Assembly: GCA_946965045.2 (NCBI GenBank)
Contig: OX337235.1
Coordinates: 2,666,001-2,730,000, forward strand
Source: Epithemia pelagica
Taxonomy: Eukaryota; Protista; Bacillariophyta
Reading direction: 5' to 3'
DNA: 64,000 nt
Part shown: one piece after another, positions 47,332 through 61,107 of the stretch
Numbering within the stretch: position 1 is the first letter of the stretch
How the letters are laid out: every line of letters starts with the position of its first letter
Program-made: the position numbers and the translations under genes
Notes under the pieces: generated by a model
Told to the model about the DNA's origin: nothing
Database searches by the model: none
What the model saw: the letters and a program-made list of their open reading frames with translations, nothing else

Positions 47332-48326
47332 ATGATGCATACGGTTCTGCGGATTATTTTTGCGCTTCAGTTTTCGCTGTCGACTGTTGCGTTTGTGCCA
47401 AATGAGGCTCGACTTGCTTTCAAGCAGAGAACCAGTATCTTGAAATGGACGATGATGCCTGATGATCCTCAGCCAGAGGTGAGCAGAATGTGGATATCTT
47501 TTTGGTTGGTATCAAACAGCAATTCAACTCTTTTGACACTATATTCTGTTTGCTGCTTCTATCATCTTTTCAACATCACATGCTGCTGTTGAGTCTAGAT
47601 TGACCCTCGGCGTAAAGATCCTGACGAGCAACCGCCAGCGAATCCTGTGCGGATGCCCGTCATCGACACTGATAACGGTCAAATGGACGTCATTAGCCGT
47701 CTCCTAAAGGATCGAATCTTACTTCTTGGGCAGGGAGTGGACGACGAAGTGGCCAACGTTCTCGTGGCGCAGCTTCTCTATCTGGCCAATGAAGACCCTG
47801 AGAAAGATATTACTCTGTACATCAATAGCCCCGTGAGTATTTCATCTCAAATTTGCAACCTATGCGATATCTTTGGAATTCGAGCCCTAATATTGCCGTT
47901 TTTTATCAGGGTGGCTCTGTTTCGGCTGGAATGGCAATTTACGATACCATGCAGTACGTACCATGCGATGTGGCAACGGTCTGTTTTGGAATTGCCGCCA
48001 GCATGGGTGCATTTTTGTTGGGAGCTGGAACCAAAGGGAAACGCCGAGCTCTCCCCAACAGTCGCATTATGATTCACCAACCTCTTGGCGGCGCACAAGG
48101 ACAAGCCGCCGATATTGAAATCCAAGCAAAGGAGATTTTGTTTATCCGTGAAGTTCTTAATACCTACATCGCTGAGTACTGCGATCAACCTAAGGACAAA
48201 GTGGAGGAAGATTGCGATAGGGATTTCTTCATGACGCCTGAAGAAGCAGTTGAGTATGGTATCATTGATGAAGTAATCACAACGAAAACATCTCACATCA
48301 CGAAACCGGCGATGCCTGCCCTCTAG
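47332..48326 (+). CDS. clpP: ATP-dependent Clp protease proteolytic subunit, plastid-targeted, multi-exon
   Basis: [62 protein letters not shown]; signal peptide ending in TVAFVP. Confidence 0.95.
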
Positions 48327-48533
48327 GTAGCTACGTGGTTGTGGGAGTAACAGAGTAAGAATGAGAATTTATCTCTCATCATTGTCTTACATTTTTTACC
48401 AGCATCAAGAGTTCAGATTGTTTCACGTGGTGTCACTGTCACCACTCAAAACGGAAACCCGCGACAATTGCTTCGTTAAAATCAGCTACCCATTTCTAAA
48501 TTCGACCTAGCTAGTATCACAATGTTACACTGT

Positions 48534-49747
48534 CTAGTAAACTTCCACATGCCACTGTTTCTTGGCCTTGAGTCCCTTCAACCATTCGTCGTAGTCAAGG
48601 CCCTTCTTGGCGGCGACCTCCTTAAGCATGTCCTGAATACCAGGCATCATTCCTTTAAGACCACAGAAGTAGATGTGGGCACCGTTGTCCAACTTGGAGA
48701 AAACTTCATCGGCATATTCCTCAACCTTGTCTTGAATGTACATCTTTCCACCCTTCTTGTTCTCTTGTTCACGGGAAAGAGCATAGTCGAGACGGAAGTT
48801 AGAGTACTTGGACTTGACTTCTTGGAATTCATCATCATACAACAGAGCATCGGTGTTTGCTACACCGAGGAAAAGCCAGGCCTCACCCTTGTAGGCCTCA
48901 GCAGCAGGGGTGTCTTCGACAAAGAGACGACGGATGAAACCACGGTACGGAGCGATACCAGTTCCAGTGGCAACCATGATGTAATCAGTGTTGGGGTCTT
49001 CTTCTGGCATGAGCATGACCTTTCCAGCAGGACCAGTCATGACAACTTCGTCTCCGGGCTGTGTGTCACAAAGGAAGTTAGAGCAGACACCCTTCTTTTT
49101 GGGGTCTTCGGCCTGCATTTCGGGATCCCAGTAAGTAGCACGACGGACACAGAGAGAACCAGTCTTTCCGGTCATGTCATCACCATATCGGGAAGAGGCG
49201 ATGGAATAAAGACGGACAGAGTGGGGCTTGCCGTCCTTTTCACGGACACCAGGAGGGATGACACCCCATGATTGTCCTTCCCAGTAAGGGAAGTCACCAC
49301 CATGGTCGATAATGATGTGGCATGTCTCACCAGTAGCCTTTGGGCCAACAATGCGCTTGGTGGAGACGATCTTGCCCGTGAATGGGGCCTTATTCTTGTA
49401 CACGTTGACAGGAACAGTCGACTGGTCCCAGTAGGGCTCAGCCTCAAGGAAGTCCTGCTTGGCACTCATGGAAGTACTGATAAAAGTGAAACATATCGAT
49501 TAGGAACGCAATGCATAGTTAATATCAATGTGCGGAATATGAACAACTCTTCCACTTGCGTTCATCCACTTTTTCACATTTCCACAAAAGGTTGGACCGC
49601 CGCAAGAGACATCCCAGTCCAGTCGTTCCACTTCGTTCGATCATTCATCACATCACCCGGTATCAAAACTTACCCGAAAGCAGGCTTGCCGGAAGGGGCG
49701 AAGGCAGCAGCCGAGGCCACGCAAAAACTCAGAGCCGCGATCTTCAT
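48534..49747 (-). CDS. petH: Ferredoxin-NADP+ reductase, plastid-targeted (exons 49747-49674, 49476-48534)
   Basis: [43 protein letters not shown]-terminus; [18 protein letters not shown] presequence. Confidence 0.97.
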
Positions 49748-50136
49748 TGCGCAAAATGTGTTTTAACCAAGAATGTAAGCATGTCATGAAATCGAGTGAT
49801 GTTACTGCGTTAAAATGAGGACCTACGTCACTGTGGAATTTCCAACCCGGATGTACTTCCCAGCAAATGCGACGTTACATGCGTCGCGTGTATTTCCGGG
49901 TACGTATGGATGTCGACTGTGAGCTCAGAAGTAGGCTGACTTTGTGGTCGAACAGGTCACACTCGCACCAACAAGAAACACACTGCGATGATGTCAGCTC
50001 GTTCAAACGCTATCTGCTATCCCCTTCTCAACTCTCCTAGTCTCTACCCAATTCGTTCTCAAGCACTCATCTTAGGCACTCATCTTAGGCACGGGGATGT
50101 GGAGTAGGAGTATGTTGGATTACTTTTGCAATGTTG

Positions 50137-52766
<2,630 letters not shown>

Positions 52767-53323
52767 CTATCCGAGGTTTTCGATTAAAGGAACCGAAGAA
52801 AGTTCACTTAGGTAAGAATACAAGACGAGAAAGGATTGATCTTGGTGTGATAAAGGGTCACACTCACCTGGGAGATTCGGCCTCGACCGGCCAAGAATGT
52901 TGACAGGAAAGCCATCGTTGTAGCTAGAAAGGAAATGGGTTGCATGTCGTGAGGGATTGCTTTCTTGGACTAGATCTTGGGTGCTGCTGACCGTTCTCGC
53001 CAAGGAGAAGTCAACGGGTTGTCCGTTCCAAAGAATCGACGCTCTACCGAAATCTTTTTCCGAGAGTGATGCTTGGAAGAGCAACACAACGGGAGAAGAA
53101 TCTGTGATGTGGAAGGTGTCGGACGACAAACTTCAACCTCTTGTCGACTTTTTCCCACGACGCACCCATCATTTTTTCAAAGCGACTGCACACGTGTAGA
53201 CGCACGAACGTCAAGGACGCAGGCTCGTTCTCTTTGGTCCAGCAGAGGGAGTTTTGATGGCCACCTGGATCTTCGTCATGTCAATCTCAAAATGATCTGC
53301 ACTTGATTTCATATATTATCCCC

Positions 53324-55381
53324 ATGAGTCATCCGAACAGCTCTATTGACGATGAGATTGATTTGTACGCCGTACTCAAGTGTGACCGATCCGCAAGTTT
53401 CGAGGCAATCCAAAGATCATTCAAGAGATTATCCAGGAACTTTCATCCCGACAAACGACGATCGGCCGATGACAAGACAAGTGCCGAAGATTTCTTTGTG
53501 GCAATCAAGTTAGCGCACGATATACTATCAGATCCAGTTCTACGACTGGCCTATGATCATGGAGGATTGGTGGCTGTTGATATCCTTCGAAGATCCCACC
53601 TTTCGGCGTCACAACAGCAAAGTGATGACGAAGAAATGGCGAATCAACAAAATCAAAACGACGACAACGAAGAAGATAATGAAAACTTGTACCACAAGCT
53701 CCAAAATATGAAGTCAAAAGAGGAAGCTATCAAATTCATACACGAGCTTGTCGAAACTTACAATATACAGAGATCAATAATGCACAAGGCACCTATCGGA
53801 ATGGAAGCCGAACTGGTTCACATATACGACCCACAGAGGAACATTCTCCATTCACGAGGCCTTGGATCCTTAAATGTCCAAGCTCAGCGATCTTTCTTTT
53901 TGTCGAAGCACATGGACATATCTGTTTCTGCACAATCCCAAGTACAACGACGTCCACAGCAGCAGGGTCTTGTAACCGCTCGGACGACCAGCCTCGGATT
54001 CAGTTACCGAACCGATGCCGCCTCCCATCATTTCTTGAATTGCTCCCTCAATCAAGGCAATCCACAGCATTCCCAAATCTCTTTGCAGACAACTCGAAGA
54101 TTTTACGGAGGAAACATGTTCAGTTTAGCTGTGGGAGGGAGTCTACTGTCGATACAGCCATCCACTTGGATATACTCCATTTCCACGAACCGGATCATAA
54201 TGTTGGGTTCACTATTGCCGTGGACTCGGAAGAACGATGATTCTCATCAACCAAAGCAGCATCAAGAGCCAACCAAAGTTCATGTTTCGTGGTCTTTGGG
54301 TATGTCTTTGCTCGGACAGATCCAATCCATTGCAGGATCCATACGGAACCTGACATATCCTCAGTACAAGTTCCGACTTGGTTTGTTGGATAGTCCGCCA
54401 ATAAAAATAACTGCGGATTCATCTGAAGAAGATTGCTGGCATGCAGCCTTGTCGTTAGACTGGAACTGGTGGAGAATCAAGGTGACTAAAGAACATTCAA
54501 TCCTTGACAATGGGAATTGGACGCTGCGCTATGGGATAAAATACGACGTACGGGGAGCCAAAATCGGACGGGCCTGGTCCATTCTGCTACATTTAGAATC
54601 ATCGGACGACTGGCATCTGCGCATTCCCATTATCATACAACAAATGAGATTGGAATCGTTGGAATGGCCGGTTGTAGGAACTGTGGTTCTACTACTTTGT
54701 GAGTGGGCGCAAGAATCCTTCCCGAATTATTTCTCGTCGTGGGTTGTCTCAAGGTCAAATTCGTCCTTTTCTTGGGCCACGACTCCATCAAGTAAGCAAG
54801 AGTTGTCGCGCACCAACAACATCCCTTCTTATCATGTATACTACACCGACATGATATCGCGCATTGCGGCAAAGAAGCGCGAGTTGGAATCCAAGAACAA
54901 TGGACTAGTCATTCTCCAGGCAGTTTGGTACAACACAAACACAACGGCCAATCTCAGTCGTTCGCGTTCGGACGACGACGATCTCACGGACGTGCTGCAG
55001 TACTGGGTTGTAGATGGACACTTGAACCTACCAATCCAACAATGTCGGTGGCAATGGTTTTCGTCGCATGACGAACGCACTGGTAGTGGTGATCGTTCTG
55101 ATTGGAGCGTTTTTAGGGAACCAACATCGAATGGCTCTCGCAGCGTTGGATCGCAATGGTGGCCCTGGATCCAGGACTGGTTGAGAAGCCAGCAAACTGT
55201 TCTGGGAACTCTCTTCCTCTTCGGAAACGACCAGCAAGCCGTATCTGGCTGTTTGTACGTGCGGTATCGTCTTGGCAGCTTGGTGCATGAAATTCGTTTC
55301 TATGATCATCAAAGATATGAACTTGTTTGCTTACCCAACGACCTCGCAACAGTCATGGGAGCAGCAAGTCAAGTCGAGTAG
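53324..55381 (+). CDS. DNAJC11: DnaJ homolog subfamily C member 11-like
   Basis: J domain with FHPDK and RLAYD; C-terminal NGLVILQAVW...LTDVLQYWV resembles DUF3395. Confidence 0.75.
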   Translation: MSHPNSSIDDEIDLYAVLKCDRSASFEAIQRSFKRLSRNFHPDKRRSADDKTSAEDFFVAIKLAHDILSDPVLRLAYDHGGLVAVDILRRSHLSASQQQSDDEEMANQQNQNDDNEEDNENLYHKLQNMKSKEEAIKFIHELVETYNIQRSIMHKAPIGMEAELVHIYDPQRNILHSRGLGSLNVQAQRSFFLSKHMDISVSAQSQVQRRPQQQGLVTARTTSLGFSYRTDAASHHFLNCSLNQGNPQHSQISLQTTRRFYGGNMFSLAVGGSLLSIQPSTWIYSISTNRIIMLGSLLPWTRKNDDSHQPKQHQEPTKVHVSWSLGMSLLGQIQSIAGSIRNLTYPQYKFRLGLLDSPPIKITADSSEEDCWHAALSLDWNWWRIKVTKEHSILDNGNWTLRYGIKYDVRGAKIGRAWSILLHLESSDDWHLRIPIIIQQMRLESLEWPVVGTVVLLLCEWAQESFPNYFSSWVVSRSNSSFSWATTPSSKQELSRTNNIPSYHVYYTDMISRIAAKKRELESKNNGLVILQAVWYNTNTTANLSRSRSDDDDLTDVLQYWVVDGHLNLPIQQCRWQWFSSHDERTGSGDRSDWSVFREPTSNGSRSVGSQWWPWIQDWLRSQQTVLGTLFLFGNDQQAVSGCLYVRYRLGSLVHEIRFYDHQRYELVCLPNDLATVMGAASQVE

Positions 55382-55571
55382 AGGCTTTAGGTACTCTTAC
55401 TAAGATTCTTTTACCGGTTACAACAATTCGGCCAAGGTCCTTTTTCTAACCAATGGTTTCTGGTAACCCAACAAATGCTGTGGACGTCACTAAAAGAAAA
55501 CTTCGAAATCAAGGATGCGGTAAACCATGAATAAAAATTTTGTAACAATTGGTAGAGTCGCGTGATCCACA

Positions 55572-56471
55572 TCAATTGTTGGGCTCATCTTTCTTTGGAG
55601 TGGCCTGTGAATGTTGTTGCCGGTGTTGCTCAAGTTGCCATCGATGAACATACGCTGTGATTCCAGGCAGTGCTTTTTGAAGGAATCTCTGTCCATGCAA
55701 ATAAATTGCCCGAAAATCATCCAGAGCTGGTCTCACGTCAATGTGCGTCATCGGTGGCAACCTCGGATCCACCTGATCCATCATGTAGTAATCAATCACA
55801 TATCGCTGCAATGGCGTCGTGCCTTGGTTACTACCATTGGTACTGACACCTTCACGACCTACATACCAGTCATGTCGATCAAAAGGCATGGGATTCCAAC
55901 CAAGAACTTTGGAAAAAAGAAATGCTTTTGGAGTCAAATCCTGTTGTCTTCCTTCAAATCTCACCAAACGAAGTTGATCCGTCCCTTCCCACTGACAAAT
56001 TTTCTGCCAGGTCCCTTCGTTTACAGCGTTATGTATTTTCAGAACCACAGGAACAGATTCCTCTGGGATATTGCTCCATCCCTTCTTCTTCATCGCATTG
56101 TAAAGTTGCTGCTCCGATGGATATACCCACTTGGTTTCTGATTCGCCATGTTGATGAAGGGGTACTCTGGGTGTTGTCGTTTCTACTGTGTCGCCTCTCT
56201 CTCCTCGTGGTATACTTGAGACCTGCCTACTAGTATCGAGTTTTATCCGTTGATCTGGTTGAGGTGTTTGTGCATGTTTGGCCGCCTCTTCGATAGAAGC
56301 GGAACATGACGGCGAGGACGGTTCTCCAGCTTTGGCCGTGGACTTGGTAATGCTTCCTAGCCAAGTCCAAGGTTGAGATTTCGAGATCCCAGTGCCACTA
56401 CTACTGCTGTTGAGAAGAACGGGGCATCCACCTTCCCCATTTTTCTCAGGCTTATCCTGACCTTCCATCAT
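55572..56471 (-). CDS. HCCS: Holocytochrome c synthase (cytochrome c/c1 heme lyase)
   Basis: CPV heme-regulatory motif, WVYPSEQQLYNAMKKKG, HNAVNEGTW, FDRHDWYV, YVIDYY, DVRPALD. Confidence 0.95.
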   Translation of the reverse strand: MMEGQDKPEKNGEGGCPVLLNSSSSGTGISKSQPWTWLGSITKSTAKAGEPSSPSCSASIEEAAKHAQTPQPDQRIKLDTSRQVSSIPRGERGDTVETTTPRVPLHQHGESETKWVYPSEQQLYNAMKKKGWSNIPEESVPVVLKIHNAVNEGTWQKICQWEGTDQLRLVRFEGRQQDLTPKAFLFSKVLGWNPMPFDRHDWYVGREGVSTNGSNQGTTPLQRYVIDYYMMDQVDPRLPPMTHIDVRPALDDFRAIYLHGQRFLQKALPGITAYVHRWQLEQHRQQHSQATPKKDEPNN

Positions 56472-57196
56472 CTTACTTTCTTTTGGTTGTGGTCGTGGCT
56501 TTTTTTCATTGATGGCAAACGTATGGTCTGTCCGGACGTACGTAACGTATGGAAGGTCCTCTGATCCCGGGGCACGCTATTCGTAAGAGTAGTGTATGTA
56601 GTCCGGTACGAAATGTGGTTGGGTGCATTCTCATCGTAAGTACGAGTACGAATATACGAGTAGCAGATAGTCCGAAGCTAATCGACTTATTAGAACATAG
56701 CATTCTTCTATGATAATCATCGCCTAAGACTACTTCATGCAAAACTACGATAAATGACTCTAGCCTAATAGCTAAATATACTAATTTAAATTCTAAAAGA
56801 TTCTACTTTCTCCTTTTACTTCTCGTACTCGTACTCGTAGTCTACGTGGAATACTCGTAAGAATACCTGTTGGGAACTCGTGTTTCAAAGCAAATCAAGA
56901 CCCCCAAAGCCCCCAAATCGGGGCAATCGCAAAACCTCGTCCACGACGAAGGTGCCTCGGGACGAGGTAATTAAGCTGATGGAATCGCAAGTTTCAAGAA
57001 GTCAACCTTACATTTCCATATATCGTCAATATACTTTCTTCTTCGAGGTGGTAATTATATCTTGGGGTGGAGGAGCTAGAAGCCCAAGGGAAATTTTACG
57101 CCGTCATAACTGGCGCCACTAAAGCACACCATCCAAAAACGGCGAAATTGACAGCCGTAACGGGTGGTTTCTTCTTTTTTGGACATAATTTGTACA

Positions 57197-58096
57197 ATGG
57201 CACATCAAGATGACGGAATAATGCTATCCGAAGGGGTTGAAAACAGAATGGTACCGGATGGGGTTGTCAACGTCATGAATCCTCATCTGGGAATGTTTTC
57301 GACCAATGATACTCAATCCAAGGCAGCCACAAAGGACGAAAATGGCAGTGCCGGAATCTTTGTTCAAAAATCTGGCTCCCGAAAAATGTTCATGTCCGCG
57401 GGCCGTCTTGTTTTGCCACGTTTTACTGGGTTTGGACAAAAGAATCGTCCGTTGGAAGAACCACCTCCACAAGAGGCGGCCACATTGGAACAACACATCG
57501 CGGTCGACAAACAAGAGCCTGTGTTTATTACCAGAAGTGACATCGATCAAGAGAGCAAACTCTCAGAACAAGATATTGTTACGTGTTCGGAGTGTGGCAT
57601 TGCCCAAGAAAGGCAGAAAGATATTGAGTTTCAATGCTTGAGGTGCCAAACCAAGTTGGCGGAACGACGGTCACACGACATGATGTTGTCAAGTGAGCTG
57701 TCCAAAGAATTGCCCACTTTGGAAGAGGGGTGTGATGATGTTTCTGAACACGAGGATGACAATGGTGTGGGCAGGATCGTAAGAACAATACAGGAAGGTG
57801 ACGAATACATGGCAGAACAACCCTTGGACAGTGCGCTACAGCACCAGGAAGAAAAGCCACGACGCCGGCTTTCCAGTTTTATGCGGCGTCTTTCCAATAA
57901 CTTGAGAGGGTCCTCGGCCTCCTCCGCGTCGTCATCATCGTCGTCCATGAATGACCACGGCAGCAGTTACCTTCAAGAAGCGGACCAAATGTATGATCCG
58001 GTATTGAATACGGTCAACAGTACGGACGTCAGTATGGAAAACAACAATCCTGCCCATGTGGGTCCTGCAGGCCCATTAGCGTCGGATTCAATCTAA
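57197..58096 (+). CDS. Hypothetical low-complexity protein with a possible small CxxC..CxxC zinc ribbon
   Basis: 300-aa ATG ORF containing CSECG...QCLRC. Confidence 0.55.
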   Translation: MAHQDDGIMLSEGVENRMVPDGVVNVMNPHLGMFSTNDTQSKAATKDENGSAGIFVQKSGSRKMFMSAGRLVLPRFTGFGQKNRPLEEPPPQEAATLEQHIAVDKQEPVFITRSDIDQESKLSEQDIVTCSECGIAQERQKDIEFQCLRCQTKLAERRSHDMMLSSELSKELPTLEEGCDDVSEHEDDNGVGRIVRTIQEGDEYMAEQPLDSALQHQEEKPRRRLSSFMRRLSNNLRGSSASSASSSSSSMNDHGSSYLQEADQMYDPVLNTVNSTDVSMENNNPAHVGPAGPLASDSI

Positions 58097-58240
58097 CAAC
58101 ACGTAGCTAGTTTTGTTTCCCGTTTCCTTATATATATTATGGATACAATTTAAGTAGGAGCAAGTTTGGAATGTCTTTATCCGCAATAGTGGAAGAGTCA
58201 CGAAATATCCTGCTGAGCACATAGACGCGAGGACGTGCCA

Positions 58241-60343
58241 TTAGAATGAAGATACATTTGGTCTAACAAGAATGTATCCCCGATACCTTGGTTCGCATCC
58301 CATTTCGTGCGTCAGTTGCAGGTATAGGGTTTGATTGGTAAAGGCATCACTATCATCTGGTGGTAAGCCATCTTGCGCTTGAGGGACGTTGGAATATCCA
58401 CAATGGTCAATCCTTGCCATGGAGGTAACCAAACGAGCCGCCGAAACCCAAACCGCGGGATACTTGTACTTGGCAACATCCAGTATTAAGAAGCGGTCTT
58501 CTGTAGGACTGTAACTCGCCAATGGTGAAAAGTGCCCCCGACCCGATTGATCCAAAGCTGAGCGATCAAAATTGATAATCACCCGAGACAATGGATCTTG
58601 CAAAGCTTCCGTGAGCTCCTTTCGAACCTCATCCAACTCCAGGGTGGCGGGGTCTAGTTCGTGGACTGACACTAGGAATTCGTCAGCTGGTAAGTAGCAT
58701 TCCAATAAATTCTTAGCTTGATGGAGGGATATGCCTCCGGGTGGATGCCAAATTCCATCAAAGGTTGCATTGTACCGGACCACGTTTTGGTTTATACACG
58801 TGGGATTGTTTTGGAGCAGTCCCAGTTGCGTGGCATAGGGATAGGGATCGTACATTGGATCAATGGGAGGTTCTACAATCGCATGCAACGAGTTAAGAAC
58901 AGCAGCACACGAAGCCACAGCACAATAGGCTTGATTTATTTGGGCGTCCCATCCTTTCTGCAGAAAAAAGAAATCTCTTGAATAGTCGTACCACCCATAG
59001 CCATTCATCAGCATGCCAAACGCCCTCGTGTTATTAAGGTACAAGAGAGGTTGATCCAGTTCTTCGGAGTAGGTTGCGTGCGCATGAAACCACTTGCGCA
59101 TGGCGTTCCACATTTGTTCTTCGCTCTCGACCGTGGCATTCCAGGCCTCTTTGGCATCCAAGACCACCTCCTGTTCCATTGCATTCCAGCCCCGTTGCGA
59201 TTCCGACTTGACTTGGTCCCAGGCGTGGTGCGAATTTTTCTTGGTTTCATTCCAACCGTTCGAGGCAGCGTCTTGGATCATGTGCCACCACAAATGTTCC
59301 TTGTTGACTGCGTCGTCAGAAAAGTTGGCAAAGGCCAGACGAGTTTGTTTCCACCACAATCGAGCATTGTGTGATTCTTGATCCCACCAATGTTCAAATT
59401 TGTCGTGTATCGATGATTCGTCCGTATTCGTTTCGCCCTGCTCTTGTACAACTTGCGCCGCTGCTGAGTTGTGATTCCACCAGGTCCGCATATTCTGTCC
59501 AAGGAGCCGCAGATTGGTAATGGTGCTGGCATACCACAACAGCTGCTCTTCTTTTTCTCTCGTCGCACGCGTTGGCACATTGTATGACACCACAAGCTGG
59601 GTTGTGGATGCCTGTTGCTGGAGTTTGGACCACAATTCATGGGCCTCGTTGGCATGCGTCGTCCAGGTGTGCCGGAACCATGTCGACATGTTGCGCCACC
59701 AATCTTCTCTCGTTACATTATTGAAGAGGGACGAAGAATCTGCAGCAGTACTTTCCTCACTATGAGCTTTCATTTCGTGCACTTTCTGACAAAACAATCC
59801 CCATTGTTCTGACGCATCTTGCCCAACCGAGTTTCTTTTGCCCATTTCATCGGACATGGGATGCTCTACATCCGGAGGTTTCCAATACGATTGTACATTA
59901 TCATCAAGGGTCTCCCAATCAATCAGTTTGGTAGCCAATGCAACGTGTTTTAGAAACAAACTTCTCGTCCTTTTCTGTTCTTCGGCATGTCCCCGGCCTT
60001 GATTGTGAAGTTGCTGCCAAACGTCCCATTGATGAATTGTATCATCCCGGAGACCAGATTCCGTCTCTTTGCTGGCGGGTTGAAATTGCTGTTCCTTGGA
60101 ACCGACTGAAACGGGAGACTGGGGGTGAATGGAGGCCGACCGAGCATGGCCATACCGTTCCATCATGGCACCCAGGCTCATGAATACCAAGGCCACTACA
60201 ACATTTCTGGTCCAGAGAAATACTACTCTTTGGTTCCTTGAAACACTGACAAAAGGCACGGGCGGTCGAACAGCATTGGGATTGGACAAATGACTCGGAA
60301 GCAACTGCGTTCCTTCATGGGGCCGCCCTTCTTCTCGATGCAT
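58241..60343 (-). CDS. Phytochelatin-synthase-like papain-fold domain with a long membrane-anchored N-terminal extension
   Basis: QINQAYCAVAS (Cys), RGHFSPL (His) and ILDVAKYKY (Asp) form the PCS triad; N-terminal TM segment near residues 40-60. Confidence 0.8.
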   Translation of the reverse strand: MHREEGRPHEGTQLLPSHLSNPNAVRPPVPFVSVSRNQRVVFLWTRNVVVALVFMSLGAMMERYGHARSASIHPQSPVSVGSKEQQFQPASKETESGLRDDTIHQWDVWQQLHNQGRGHAEEQKRTRSLFLKHVALATKLIDWETLDDNVQSYWKPPDVEHPMSDEMGKRNSVGQDASEQWGLFCQKVHEMKAHSEESTAADSSSLFNNVTREDWWRNMSTWFRHTWTTHANEAHELWSKLQQQASTTQLVVSYNVPTRATREKEEQLLWYASTITNLRLLGQNMRTWWNHNSAAAQVVQEQGETNTDESSIHDKFEHWWDQESHNARLWWKQTRLAFANFSDDAVNKEHLWWHMIQDAASNGWNETKKNSHHAWDQVKSESQRGWNAMEQEVVLDAKEAWNATVESEEQMWNAMRKWFHAHATYSEELDQPLLYLNNTRAFGMLMNGYGWYDYSRDFFFLQKGWDAQINQAYCAVASCAAVLNSLHAIVEPPIDPMYDPYPYATQLGLLQNNPTCINQNVVRYNATFDGIWHPPGGISLHQAKNLLECYLPADEFLVSVHELDPATLELDEVRKELTEALQDPLSRVIINFDRSALDQSGRGHFSPLASYSPTEDRFLILDVAKYKYPAVWVSAARLVTSMARIDHCGYSNVPQAQDGLPPDDSDAFTNQTLYLQLTHEMGCEPRYRGYILVRPNVSSF

Positions 60344-61107
60344 GGTTGAGACGGACGGAATGTGAAGCAAGCTGCGCCAGAATCTTGAGGGTGAAGTGGG
60401 GAGATTTGCACTCAGAGAGCAAAAGCTGCCGTCCTTGACCCTTGTGAGTGTGTTTGGACAAACCTGCCGACTTGTCTGTCCAAATCGGTTCTTGTCTTTC
60501 TATATATCTATCCTCGTCTTGTTGATCTCAATGATGGATGGATGATGTGTGTCGTCGGCATCGTGACATTTTCAAATCAGAAACAATGAGCTGATAGGGC
60601 GACGGGCAGGCGGAGAGAGCGGGCGCGGCATATTGGGGTACGTCGGTTTTTATCTTCCGAAACTTTAACGGTTTTCCCTAATCGATTCTTTTCTTTTCAT
60701 AGGGTCCGTTGGAAAAAGACCAATGGAATGTCAAATCTAATCTACTTTGTCGACACATGCAACAGGACCAAAAGAGCATGATGTTGTTGATTATACATCA
60801 TCCGTTGGGCGATGGCATGCCGTTGAGTTTGGTCTTGAAACATGGATAATTACGGGAGAGCGCGACCGACTGCGGAGCCTTGGCACTCAGGACCGATTCT
60901 GTCCACGCCAGCCAGCATGCCTCCGTTGCAGTTCATTCCTCTCTCTCGTATCTTGAATGAATTTATTTTTGTTGCCCGCGCAAAACAACCATCCCAAGTC
61001 CCGACACTTGTGATTGCGTGTGGGCACAACTGTCAACAGTCCCATCTCCCATCTCCCTCAAGGGGGTAGAGAAACGACCAGTTCCTTCCGAAAGAGCAAC
61101 AGTGCCA

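Noticed and set aside
56641-56839. Inverted (TACGAG)n tracts around an AT-rich core
   Set aside because: Only an 11-bp low-complexity match and no TSD; insufficient to call a MITE.
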